A stretch of DNA of 64,000 nucleotides from Actinomycetota bacterium (GTDB lineage: Bacteria > Actinomycetota > UBA4738 > HRBIN12): positions 64,922 to 128,921 of the forward strand of contig BPGL01000001.1 in assembly GCA_026003015.1 (NCBI GenBank), read 5' to 3'. This document shows positions 50,894 through 60,097 of this stretch, piece after piece. A program made the position numbers and the translations under genes. The stretch's first letter is position 1, and every line of letters starts with the position of its first letter. The notes under the pieces were generated by a model. It was not told the DNA's origin, made no database searches, and saw only the letters and a list, made by a program, of their open reading frames with translations.

Positions 50894-51729
50894 ACGCGCT
50901 CCCGCCATCGCTCCCGCTCCCGCCGTCACCAGCACCTCCCCCGCCGGTGCCGCCGCCCCCTGCCTCGGAGCTGGGCGCGGCGCGCGAGCGCCCGCGCGCG
51001 AGCTGGAGCGTGGTCGAGGCCATCGGTCTGTACCTCGTGGGCAACGTCGGCGTCGGGCAGCTCCTCGTCGCGGGGATCGCCCTGGCGCTGCTCGGGATCC
51101 GGGAGCTTCCGGCCGGGGGCGCGACCCTCGAGACGCTCGCCGTGTCCGCGCTGGTCGCGCTGGCGTTCGTCGCGGTCGTCGTCGCGTGGATGCGCCGACG
51201 CCACCCGGGGTGGGAGCAGGCGGTGGGGCTGCGGACGCAGCGCGGCCTGCGTCGCGACGCGCTGTGGGGCGCGGTCGCGGGGATCGCTCTGTACCCGGCC
51301 GTCTCGCTCGTCGCCGGCTCGATCGTGCTCGTGGTGCTGCGGGCGCTCACCGGGCACGACGTCCAGGTTCCCGATCAGCTGGCGCCCGGCCTCGGCCTGG
51401 GAGGCCGGGTCGTCGCGGCCGTCTACGCGCTCGGTATCGCCCCCGTGGCCGAGGAGCTGTACTTCCGCGGCGTGCTGTTCCGTAGCCTGCGCGACCGACA
51501 CGGGTTCGTGCTCGCGGCCGCCGCCAGCTCGCTGCTGTTCGGCCTCGTGCACTGGCCGGCGGGAACCCCGGCGGCCGATGCGGTGGTGCTGCCGCTCGTG
51601 ATGAGCGTGACCGGGGTCGGCCTGGCCTGGATCTACGAGCGGGGCGGGAACCTCGTCGTTCCGATCGTCGCGCACGTCGTGTTCAACGCGATCGGGCTCG
51701 CGATCATCTTCTCCGGCGTGGGGAGCTGA
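50890..51729 (+). CDS. CPBP (CAAX/Abi) intramembrane metalloprotease
   Basis: EELYFRG, FGLVH, AHVVFN. Confidence 0.9.
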   Translation: MNALPPSLPLPPSPAPPPPVPPPPASELGAARERPRASWSVVEAIGLYLVGNVGVGQLLVAGIALALLGIRELPAGGATLETLAVSALVALAFVAVVVAWMRRRHPGWEQAVGLRTQRGLRRDALWGAVAGIALYPAVSLVAGSIVLVVLRALTGHDVQVPDQLAPGLGLGGRVVAAVYALGIAPVAEELYFRGVLFRSLRDRHGFVLAAAASSLLFGLVHWPAGTPAADAVVLPLVMSVTGVGLAWIYERGGNLVVPIVAHVVFNAIGLAIIFSGVGS

Positions 51730-51733
51730 TGCG

Positions 51734-52153
51734 GTGGCGCGGTTCTTGAGCGACGCCTGGTTCCGGGAGCTCGTCGAGCGGATCGAGGCCTCCGAGGCGT
51801 ACCGGGAGGCAGCCGCCGACTGGGAGGGCGACGTCGCCTTCTGGATCGAGGCCGAGCCCGACCGCGGTCTGGAGGAGGACGTGTTCGCGGTGCTCGACCT
51901 CTGGCACGGCCGATGCCTGGGCGGCGGGCTCGTCGAGCGCTCTCGGGCGGAGGCCGCCCGCTACCTGATCGCGGCGCCGTACTCCCGGTGGAAGGACGTC
52001 GTCACCGGCCACCTCGACCCCGTCCGCGGGATGATGCAGGGCAAGCTCCGCGTACGGGGGGATCTGCCGACGATCGTGCGCCAGGTTCGCGCGGCCAACG
52101 AGCTCGTGCGCCTCACCGGGGAGATCCCCACCGAGTTCCCCGACGAGGGCTGA
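51734..52153 (+). CDS. SCP2 sterol/lipid-binding domain protein
   Basis: FLSDAW...LDPVRGMMQGKLRVRGD. Confidence 0.85.
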   Translation: MARFLSDAWFRELVERIEASEAYREAAADWEGDVAFWIEAEPDRGLEEDVFAVLDLWHGRCLGGGLVERSRAEAARYLIAAPYSRWKDVVTGHLDPVRGMMQGKLRVRGDLPTIVRQVRAANELVRLTGEIPTEFPDEG

Positions 52154-52156
52154 GCC

Positions 52157-53194
52157 GTGCGGGCGGTCGTGTTCGACGGCGTGGGGCGGGTTCGGGTGGA
52201 CGAGGTGCCCGACCCGCGGCCGGTGCACCCCGACGACGCCGTCGTGCGCGTGCACCTCGCCGGGATCTGCGGCTCCGACCTGCACTTCCTGTCCGGCAAG
52301 GCGCCGCTCGCGCCCGGCGAGGGGATCGGCCACGAGGCCGTCGGGACCGTCGAGGCGGTCGGGCCGGCCGTCGAGACCGTGGAGGTCGGCGACCGGGTCG
52401 TGGTGTCGTTCGCGGTCGCCTGCGGGCGGTGCTGGTTCTGTCGACGGGCGGAGACGGGGCTGTGCGACCAGGCCGCCGTCTTCGGGGCGGGCGCGTTCGG
52501 CGGGGGTCTGCCCGGCGCTCAGGCCGAGCGCCTGCTCGTTCCGCACGCCGACCACAACCTCCTGCGGGTGCCGGCGGACGTGGACGACGAGCGAGCGCTG
52601 TTCGTGGGCGACGCCGCGACCACGGCCTGGTACGCGGCGACGCTCGCCGAGCCGGCCGGGCGCACCGTCGCCGTCGTCGGCGCCGGGCCCGTGGGCGTGC
52701 TCCTCGTGCAGGCGCTCGTCGCCCTCGGGGCGGAGCGGGTCGTGGCGCTCGATCGTGAGCCGTCGCGCCTGGCGGCGGCCGCCGCCGCGGGCGCCGAGAT
52801 CGTCGCGGTGGGGGAGCGCAACCCGCATATGGCGCTGGCCCGCCTCACCGAGGACCGGGGAGCCGACGTCGCGATCGACGCGGTCGGTCACCCCGAGGCG
52901 TTCGAGACCGCTCGCTCCGTGGTGCGGCGCGGAGGTGTGGTGATCGTCGTCGGGATGTACGCGGGTGAGTCGGTGGAGCTGCAGCTCGGACCGTCGTGGG
53001 CGCAGGCGGTCACGCTGCGGTTCACGGGTCCCTGCCCGGTGCACGCGTGCTGGGACGCCGCGATGGCCGAGGTCCGCGCCGGTCGGATCGACCCGCTGCC
53101 CCTCGTGAGCGACCGGCTGCCGCTGGAGGACGCGCAGCTGGGATACGAGCGGTTCGCGGCGCGCGCCGCGACCAAGGTCCTGCTCGTGCCGTAG
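52157..53194 (+). CDS. Zinc-dependent alcohol dehydrogenase (MDR family)
   Basis: CGSDLH, GHE, CGRCWFC...C, GAGPVG. Confidence 0.92.
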   Translation: MRAVVFDGVGRVRVDEVPDPRPVHPDDAVVRVHLAGICGSDLHFLSGKAPLAPGEGIGHEAVGTVEAVGPAVETVEVGDRVVVSFAVACGRCWFCRRAETGLCDQAAVFGAGAFGGGLPGAQAERLLVPHADHNLLRVPADVDDERALFVGDAATTAWYAATLAEPAGRTVAVVGAGPVGVLLVQALVALGAERVVALDREPSRLAAAAAAGAEIVAVGERNPHMALARLTEDRGADVAIDAVGHPEAFETARSVVRRGGVVIVVGMYAGESVELQLGPSWAQAVTLRFTGPCPVHACWDAAMAEVRAGRIDPLPLVSDRLPLEDAQLGYERFAARAATKVLLVP

Positions 53195-53584
53195 ATGTCT
53201 CCGCAGGCCGGTCTCGCCGGGATCGTCGAGGAGCTCGTGCGCCAGAACCTCGAGCGCGACCCCTCGCGTCGCCGTCTCCTGCGCCCGACGATCGTCGTGT
53301 TGGAGGCGCCCGACGCGGGCGTCGTCGCCACCGTGCGGGTCACGAAGGCGGGGGTGACCGCCCGCGACGGCGACGATCCGCGCGCGGCGGTCCGGGTGCG
53401 CGCCGACGCCGCCCGCCTGCTCGACCTCGCCATCGTCCCGCTCGTGCTCGGCCTTCCCGATCCGCGGAGCCCCGAGGGCCGGGCGGTCGTCGCCGACCTG
53501 CTCGCCGGCCGCTACCGGATCGACGGCCTCGCGCGCCACCCCCTGCAGGCGCTGCGGTTCCTGCGGCTGCTGTCGGCCCGCTGA
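53195..53584 (+). CDS. Hypothetical protein, possibly a degenerate SCP2 fold
   Basis: Abuts the ADH stop; DLLAGRYRIDG resembles the SCP2 C-terminus. Confidence 0.6.
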   Translation: MSPQAGLAGIVEELVRQNLERDPSRRRLLRPTIVVLEAPDAGVVATVRVTKAGVTARDGDDPRAAVRVRADAARLLDLAIVPLVLGLPDPRSPEGRAVVADLLAGRYRIDGLARHPLQALRFLRLLSAR

Positions 53585-53613
53585 GGGCGTCAGGCCGGTA
53601 GGCTGGCGCGGCC

Positions 53614-54564
53614 GTGGAGATGGCGGCGCTGATCCGGGGGGTCCTCGAGGGCGACGCGCGGGCGGTCGCGCGGGCGATCTCGCTCGTCGAGGACGACCGC
53701 CCCGAGCTCGAGGCGCTCGCCGCGGGCCTCGTGGAGCACACGGGAGGCTCGTGCACGATCGGCCTCACGGGCGCGCCGGGCGTCGGGAAGTCGACGATCG
53801 CGGCCGGCCTCGTCGGGGCCCTACGGGCCCGTGATCTGCGCGTGGCCGTCCTGGCGGTCGACCCGACCTCGCCGGCCACGGGCGGGGCGCTGCTCGGCGA
53901 CCGGGTCCGGATGCAGGCGCACGCGACCGACCCCGGCGTGTTCATCCGTTCGATGGCGACCCGGGGACACCTGGGGGGGATGGCCCTGGCCACCCCCGAA
54001 GCGGTCCGCGTGCTCGAGGCCGCCGGCTACGCGCAGATCATCGTCGAGACGGTCGGCGTCGGTCAGGCCGAGGTCGACGTCGCGGCGGCGACCGACACGG
54101 CCGTCGTGGTCCTCGCCCCCGGGCTGGGAGACGCCGTCCAGATCGCGAAGGCGGGGATCTTGGAGATCGCCGACGTGTTCGTCGTGAACAAGGCCGACCG
54201 CGAGGGCGCCGACGTGCTCGTGCGCGAGCTGCGCCAGATGCTCGAACTGGGCACGCCTCGCGAGTGGTCGCCTCCGGTCCTGGCGGTGACGGCGACGACC
54301 GGGGCGGGGCTGGACGCGCTGCTCGACGCCGTCGAGGCCCACGTCGCGTGGGCCCGGGGCTCCGGCGCCCTCGAGGCGAAACGGCGCGCCCGGCTCCTGC
54401 AGGAGGTCGCGGCGCTCGCGGCCGCGCGCCTTCGCGTGGAGCTCGAGCGAGCCCTGCACGCCGACGACGCGCTCGTCGCCGACCTCCTCGCGCGTCGGCT
54501 CGACCCCCGGGGGGCGGCGGCGCGCCTGCTGCACCGGCTGGACGGCGCGCACCGCCGGGGTTGA
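53614..54564 (+). CDS. meaB: Methylmalonyl-CoA mutase-associated GTPase
   Basis: GAPGVGKST, AVDPTS, GDRVRM, ETVGVGQ, NKAD. Confidence 0.93.
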   Translation: MEMAALIRGVLEGDARAVARAISLVEDDRPELEALAAGLVEHTGGSCTIGLTGAPGVGKSTIAAGLVGALRARDLRVAVLAVDPTSPATGGALLGDRVRMQAHATDPGVFIRSMATRGHLGGMALATPEAVRVLEAAGYAQIIVETVGVGQAEVDVAAATDTAVVVLAPGLGDAVQIAKAGILEIADVFVVNKADREGADVLVRELRQMLELGTPREWSPPVLAVTATTGAGLDALLDAVEAHVAWARGSGALEAKRRARLLQEVAALAAARLRVELERALHADDALVADLLARRLDPRGAAARLLHRLDGAHRRG

Positions 54565-54626
54565 CGATGCGCGCGGCGCGGTCGTATACACGGGGCAGGA
54601 GAAGCTGCAGCGCGTTGCAGCTGCAT
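54561..54626 (+). promoter_or_regulatory. ECF metal-transporter promoter with a Nur-like TGCA palindrome
   Basis: TTGACG-N18-TATACA; AGCTGCAG-CGCG-TTGCAGCT at 54603-54622. Confidence 0.6.
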
Positions 54627-54672
54627 GCCATTGCCGGATCCGACCCGGTCCGGTGTGGGGAGGGCGAGGACC

Positions 54673-55365
54673 GTGCACATCCCGGACGGCTTCATCAACG
54701 CCCCGGTCTCGATCGCCGCCGGTGCCGCGTCCCTTGGGGCGCTCGCCGCGTCGGCGCGCCGGGTGAGCGAGGAGCTCGCCGAGCGCGCGGCGCCGCTGGC
54801 GGGCCTGGTCGCCGCGTTCGTGTTCGCGGCTCAGATGCTGAACTTCCCGGTGGCTGCCGGGACGAGCGGCCACCTGCTCGGCGGCGTGCTCGCAGCGGTG
54901 CTCGTCGGGCCGTGGACCGGTGCGATCTGCATCGCCCTCGTCCTGTTCGTCCAGGCGCTCGTGTTCGCCGACGGAGGGTTGAGCGCCCTGGGCCTCAACG
55001 TGGTGAACATGGCGGTGATCGGCGCCCTCGGCGGGTACGTCGTCTTCCGGGCGCTGCGGGGCGCTCTGCCCCGCACGCGGTCCGGGGTCGTGGTCGCCTC
55101 GGGCGTGGCCGCGGGGATCTCGGTCGTGCTGGCCGCGATCGGGTTCTGGGTCGAGTACGCCCTCGGTGGCACGGTGGGCGTCGATCTCGGGACCGTGTTC
55201 GGCGCGATGGTGGGGGTGCACCTGCTGATCGGGATCGGCGAGGGCGTGATCACCGCGCTCACGGTCGGCGCGGTGATGTCCGTACGCCCGGACCTCGTCC
55301 ACGGCGCGCGCGACCTCGTTCCGAGCGCGGCGCCCGCCCGCAGCGGCGCGCCGTCGGGAGGCTGA
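54673..55365 (+). CDS. Ni/Co ECF transporter S component (NikM/CbiM)
   Basis: N-terminal MHIPDG metal-binding motif; GTSGHLLGG; FADGG; GIGEG. Confidence 0.93.
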   Translation: MHIPDGFINAPVSIAAGAASLGALAASARRVSEELAERAAPLAGLVAAFVFAAQMLNFPVAAGTSGHLLGGVLAAVLVGPWTGAICIALVLFVQALVFADGGLSALGLNVVNMAVIGALGGYVVFRALRGALPRTRSGVVVASGVAAGISVVLAAIGFWVEYALGGTVGVDLGTVFGAMVGVHLLIGIGEGVITALTVGAVMSVRPDLVHGARDLVPSAAPARSGAPSGG

Positions 55366-55369
55366 TCGC

Positions 55370-55747
55370 ATGCGCACGAGCCGCTCCACGGTCGGGATGT
55401 TCGTGATCGGCGGGCTGCTCGTCGCGTTGGGCCTCGCGGTGTTCGCGAGCCCGTACGCGAGCAGCTCGCCCGACGGGCTCGAGCGGGTCGCGATCGACCG
55501 GGGGTTCGCCGAGGCGGCGTCCGACCACGCGCTCGCCGACTCGCCGCTCGCGGACTACGGCGTCCGCGGGATCGACGACCCCCGGCTGTCGACCGGCCTG
55601 TCCGGCCTCGTCGGGGTGCTCATCACGTTCGGGATCGGGCTGGTCCTCTTCGGGCTGCTCCGGCGCAGCCGCGAGCTCGGCCGCGGTGGTCCGTCGTCGC
55701 GGGACGGCGCGTCGGCATCCGCGCCGGGCGCGTCGGCGCCCGCATGA
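55370..55747 (+). CDS. PDGLE-domain protein (NikN-like)
   Basis: ASSSPDGLE, PLADY. Confidence 0.9.
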   Translation: MRTSRSTVGMFVIGGLLVALGLAVFASPYASSSPDGLERVAIDRGFAEAASDHALADSPLADYGVRGIDDPRLSTGLSGLVGVLITFGIGLVLFGLLRRSRELGRGGPSSRDGASASAPGASAPA

Positions 55748-56511
55748 GCGGTGCGCACGCGCACGCCCTCTACTACCACGAGCACAGCCCCGTCCACCGT
55801 GCGCCGGCCGCCTGCAAGCTCGCGGCGCACCTCGCCTTCGTCCTGATCGTCGTCGCGACCCCGCGCGAGGCCGTCTGGGCGTTCGGCGCCTACGCGGTGC
55901 TCCTCGTCCTCGTCGGCTCGCTCGCGCGCCTCCCGCTGGGGTTCGCGCTGCCGCGTCTGGCCGTCGAGCTGCCCTTCGTCGCCTTCGCCCTGATCTTGCC
56001 CTTCATCGCCTCCGGGGAACGCATCGAGGTCGGCGGCCTCGCGCTGTCGCGCGACGGTCTGTGGGGCGCCTGGAACATCCTCGCGAAAGGGACCCTGGGC
56101 GTGGGCGCCAGCGTGATCGTGGCGGCGACGACGACGCTGCCCGAGCTCGTGCACGGGCTCGAACGCCTGCGCCTGCCTCGGGTCTTCACCCAGATGGCCG
56201 CCTTCATGGTGCGCTACCTCGACGTGATCGCCGACGAGCTCAGGCGGATGCGCCTGGCCAGGACCGCCCGCGCCTACGATCCCCGCTGGCTGTGGCAGGC
56301 GCGAGCGATCGCGGCCTCGGCGGGGGCGCTGTTCATCCGCTCGTTCGAGCGCGGCGAGCGGGTGTGGCTCGCCATGGTGAGCCGCGGCTACGAGGGGTCG
56401 ATGCCCGCCGTCGGGCCCGGCGCGATCGAGGCCCGCTGGTGGGTCGCGAGCCTCGCGGTCCCGGGGGCGGCGGGCGTCGTGTGCGTCCTCGCCTGGATCG
56501 GGCTGCGATGA
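55744..56511 (+). CDS. ECF transporter T component (NikQ/CbiQ)
   Basis: SPVHR, MVRYL, RSFERGERV...SRGY. Confidence 0.92.
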   Translation: MSGAHAHALYYHEHSPVHRAPAACKLAAHLAFVLIVVATPREAVWAFGAYAVLLVLVGSLARLPLGFALPRLAVELPFVAFALILPFIASGERIEVGGLALSRDGLWGAWNILAKGTLGVGASVIVAATTTLPELVHGLERLRLPRVFTQMAAFMVRYLDVIADELRRMRLARTARAYDPRWLWQARAIAASAGALFIRSFERGERVWLAMVSRGYEGSMPAVGPGAIEARWWVASLAVPGAAGVVCVLAWIGLR

Positions 56512-57296
56512 GCGCCGCACCCCCGGCCTTGGAGATCCGCGAGCTCGCGTTCGCCTACCCGGACGCGACGCCCGCCCTGCGGGGCATCGACCTCCTCGTG
56601 CGGCCGGGTGAGCGCGTCGCGGTGCTCGGCCCGAACGGAGCCGGCAAGACGACCTTGGTCCTGCACCTGAACGGGATCCTGCGTCCCCAGCAGGGATGGA
56701 TCCGCGTCGGCGGGCTCCCGGTCGAGGGCGAGCATCTGCGGGAGATCCGCCGCCGGGTCGGGCTCGTCTTCCAGGATCCCGACGACCAGCTCTTCATGCC
56801 GACCGTGGAGGACGACGTCGCCTTCGGGCCTCGCAACCTCGGCGTGGAGGGCGAGGAGCTCGAGCGGCGGGTGGAGAGCGCGCTGGCCGCCGTCGGGATG
56901 CTCGACCACCGCGATCGGCCGCCCCACCACCTGTCGTTCGGCCAGCGCCGGCGCGTCGCGATCGCCACGGTGCTCGCGATGGACCCCGAGGTCCTCGTGC
57001 TCGACGAGCCGTCCTCGAACCTCGATCCGGCGGGGCGGCGCGAGCTCGCCGAGGTCCTACGTCCGCTCGACGTCACCATCCTCATGGTGACCCACGACCT
57101 CCCGTACGCCCTGGAGCTGTGCCCCAGGGCGGTGGTGATGAACGAGGGCAGGATCGTCGCCGACGGCCCGACCCGGGAGCTGCTCGCCGACGCCGCGCTG
57201 ATGGCCGCGAACCGGCTCGAGCTCCCCTACGGGTTCATCCTCGCGCCGGAGCCGTCGCCGTCCGGTCGCGCGCGCACCTCCGACACAGGCCGGTGA
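56508..57296 (+). CDS. ECF transporter ATPase (NikO/CbiO)
   Basis: GPNGAGKT, FQDPDDQLF, LSFGQ, LDEP. Confidence 0.93.
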   Translation: MSAAPPALEIRELAFAYPDATPALRGIDLLVRPGERVAVLGPNGAGKTTLVLHLNGILRPQQGWIRVGGLPVEGEHLREIRRRVGLVFQDPDDQLFMPTVEDDVAFGPRNLGVEGEELERRVESALAAVGMLDHRDRPPHHLSFGQRRRVAIATVLAMDPEVLVLDEPSSNLDPAGRRELAEVLRPLDVTILMVTHDLPYALELCPRAVVMNEGRIVADGPTRELLADAALMAANRLELPYGFILAPEPSPSGRARTSDTGR

Positions 57297-57696
57297 TCGC
57301 GAAATGGGTCAGGTCCGCCTCGAACCCGTTGTGGTGGCGGAGCAGCCCGGCGAGCTCGGCGACCTCGTCGACGGTGAGCTCCTCGTTGCGCTCGCACCGC
57401 TGGCAGATCAGGTGGACGTGGCGGGCCTCGTCGGCTCGGTGGTACTCGGCGCCCGCCTCCAGGTGGGCGTGGCGTAGGACGCCCACCTCCTCGAGGAGCG
57501 CCAGCGTCCGGTAGACCGTCGAGGCGTTCACCCCGGGCATCTCGCCTTGGACCCGACGCGCGATCTGCGTGGGGGCGATGTGGCCGGGGGTGCGGAGGAC
57601 CTCCGCGACGATCGCCCTGCGCTGCGGGGTCATGCGCAGGCCCCGCGCGCGCAGCAGCTCCAGCACCCGCCCGAGGTCGTCGGCCGATCGCTCCAC
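57235..57696 (-). CDS. Fur-family regulator, Nur (nickel uptake regulator)-like
   Basis: TPQR, STVYRTL, HAHL, HVHLICQRC, HFAI, CRRC; convergent with the ECF operon. Confidence 0.88.
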   Translation of the reverse strand: MERSADDLGRVLELLRARGLRMTPQRRAIVAEVLRTPGHIAPTQIARRVQGEMPGVNASTVYRTLALLEEVGVLRHAHLEAGAEYHRADEARHVHLICQRCERNEELTVDEVAELAGLLRHHNGFEADLTHFAITGLCRRCARDRTATAPARG

Positions 57697-57716
57697 GCGG
57701 CCATCGTAGCAGCGAC

Positions 57717-57730
57717 CTTGCAGGTGCAAG
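57717..57730. promoter_or_regulatory. Palindrome in the Fur-family gene promoter (candidate autoregulatory site)
   Basis: CTTGCA-GG-TGCAAG, just upstream of the minus-strand TACGAT -10 box. Confidence 0.6.
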
Positions 57731-57784
57731 CGCAGGATGCAGGTGCCACCCCCGGCGTGGCGATCGGCGGCTACGCTCGGAGCC

Positions 57785-58672
57785 GTGACCGTGCTCGTGA
57801 CGGGCGCGAGCGGCCTCGTGGGGGAGGCGACGGTGCGGGCCTTCCTCGGCCGCGACGAGGTCCGCGCCACCGTGCGCCGCCCGGAGACGGCCGAGCCGCT
57901 GCGCGCCCTGGGCGCGAAGGTGAGCGTTCGAGCGGCCGACCGGGTCGAGGTGCTCGCCGAGGTCCTGGGCGGTGTGCACACGGTCGTTCACCTGATCGGG
58001 GGTCCGAACGAGCCCGACGCGGACGCCGTGTCGGCCGCGAACCACGGCACGACGCTCGCCGCGCTCGAGGCCGCCCGTCTCACCGGCGTCCGGCGGTTCC
58101 TGTTCGTCTCGGTCCCCGACGCCGACCCGCGGTCGGCCGACCCGTTCCTGCGCGCCAAGGGGCTCGCGGAGCAGGCGATCGCCGCGAGCGGGCTGGAACA
58201 CGCGATCGTCAGGGCGGCGCCGGTCTACGGGCTGGGCGGCCTGTGGTTCGCCGCGCTCGTCGAAGGAGCCCTCGCCGAGCCCCCCTTCGTCGTGGGCGAC
58301 CCGGACCGCGAGGTCGCGCCGCTGTTCGTCGACGATCTCGCCGAGGCGCTCGCGCTGCTGGACGACCTCGAGGGGCCCCTGGAGGGGACCTACGCGCTCG
58401 AGGGCCCGGAGGTCCTGCCGCTCGCGGAGGTCGTCGGGTGGCTCCGGGGGGATGACCGCGCGCCGGCGCCGCTGCCGGAGCCGGTCGCCGAGGCCCTCGG
58501 CCGCCGGCTCGCGACGGCGGTGTGGCCGACGGCCGCGGCGTTCCTGGCCCGGGCCGGTCGCGCGCAGGGCTCCACGTCGCTTCCGGCGATGCTGGGCTCG
58601 GCGCTGCCCCGTACCGGCCTCGCCGAAGGGCTCGACCGCACGCTCGTCCGCGCCGGGCTCCGACCGGGCTAG
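57785..58672 (+). CDS. NAD-dependent epimerase/dehydratase-like atypical SDR
   Basis: VLVTGASGLVG, RRFLFVS, FLRAK, PLFVDDLA. Confidence 0.85.
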   Translation: MTVLVTGASGLVGEATVRAFLGRDEVRATVRRPETAEPLRALGAKVSVRAADRVEVLAEVLGGVHTVVHLIGGPNEPDADAVSAANHGTTLAALEAARLTGVRRFLFVSVPDADPRSADPFLRAKGLAEQAIAASGLEHAIVRAAPVYGLGGLWFAALVEGALAEPPFVVGDPDREVAPLFVDDLAEALALLDDLEGPLEGTYALEGPEVLPLAEVVGWLRGDDRAPAPLPEPVAEALGRRLATAVWPTAAAFLARAGRAQGSTSLPAMLGSALPRTGLAEGLDRTLVRAGLRPG

Positions 58673-58831
58673 GCTGCGGGCTCAGTGTCAAGCGACGATC
58701 GTCCGCTTCGAGGGCTCGGGACCCGGTGCTCTCGCGGTCGCCTGCCGACCCGGGCAGCTCGGTGGGTACCTGATCGGCTCGGGGAGCGCCCCTCCTTCGA
58801 TGGCGGACGGCGTTGGTCGATCAGGCCAGGG

Positions 58832-59552
58832 CTACACCGACGGCTCCACCCACTCGGCCTGCGACACGTCGAACGCGAACCGTTCCCTATCCGGCCCCTC
58901 GAGCGTGAGGACCAGATCGCGCTCCGCGACGATCGTGAGTGGGCCGACCCTCTTCGGTGGCTCGTAGAAGCGCATCCGCGGGGTGATCTCCGACGGCGGG
59001 GTGCCGCTCTGCGCCAGGGTCTCGACCAGGGTCTCGACGAGCAGGCCCCACCTGCGCTCCAGGGTCAGCCCACCGTCGATCTCGATCGTCTGCATGACCG
59101 AGCGTACGAGACCGGTCGCCGCCCACGTAGCCCAACCACCGGTTGACGACCTTGCAGCCGCCGGGGAGTCCCTCCCCCAGTCCGGGCGGGGCCGGAGAGG
59201 TGATCCCGGGCGGATCGTGCTTGACCTCGGCGTCCTCGGGGCCGAGGGGCGGCTCCGGCTCCATCCCCTTCGGCCGCTCGCAGAGCTCCCCGAGGGCCAT
59301 CCACTCCTTCTCGAACTGCTGGCTCCGCTGGTACTGCTCTTCCGCGCTGGTCGGCTCGGGCATGGCCTCGTACTTCGCCTCCAGCGCCTCCGTCCGTTCC
59401 CGCATCGAGGCGGGGTCACACGCGGGCCCGCTCGCAACCGCGATCCCCACACCGACCGCGCTCACCGCGCCCAGCGCGAGGACCAGTGCCACCTTCGTCC
59501 GCCACGTGGCGTGGCGCACCCGTTCCACGAGGCCCCGCATCGCTCGGCTCAT
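58832..59552 (-). pseudogene. Hypothetical secreted protein split by a frameshift near 59110
   Basis: RBS GAAGGGGGAG, signal-like N-terminus; protein-like sequence switches frame from NRWLGYVGGDR to LVRSVMQTIEIDG. Confidence 0.5.
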
Positions 59553-59675
59553 CTCTCCCCCTTCGGTCAAGGCTCTCTATGGGCAACCCCAGAGGGGCTC
59601 TCACCCTGGGCCCCCGATCCTCATGGCCTTGGCGTCCCCGGCCGGGCCTGGGACAGTGGGGCCGGGAGGTGTGCC

Positions 59676-60083
59676 ATGGCCGAGGTCATCTCGACCGACC
59701 GGCTCACGACGTGCTACGGGGCCCGCGGGGGGGTGATCGAGTTCCTGCGCCGGACCCAGGGGTTCGGGGCCCGCCGGCGGTGGGCGGTGAAGGAATGCCG
59801 ACACCGGTCTCGGCACCTGGAGGTCGACCTGCTCGCCGCCGGCGCGGACGTGGTGCGGGAGCGGACCGGCAACCGCCGGCTGAACGCGGCGATCCACCGG
59901 ATCGCCGTGACCCAGATCCGGGTCCACGATGGCGCGAGGGCCTGCCTCGAGCGGAGGATGGCGATGGGCAACACGAAGGCGGAGGCGATCCGGGCGCTCA
60001 AGCGCAGGCTGTCCGACGTCGTCTACCGGAGGCGGCTCGCCCATGCGGGGAGCATCTCGGTTCCCCTCGGCGAGGCGGCCTGA
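59676..60083 (+). mobile_element. Internally deleted IS110-family transposase remnant fused to an ABC-ATPase N-terminal fragment
   Basis: WAVKECRHRSRHLEVDLLAAG (degenerate DEDD domain) joined to GNRRLNAAIHRIAVTQ...EAIRALKRRLSDVVYR (IS110 C-terminus). Confidence 0.8.
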
Positions 60084-60097
60084 CAGAGGAGACAGGC

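Noticed and set aside
54565..54672. Cobalamin or NiCo riboswitch upstream of the ECF operon
   Set aside because: Leader is short and I could not identify a B12 box or multi-stem fold; a protein operator explains the palindrome. An Rfam scan would settle it
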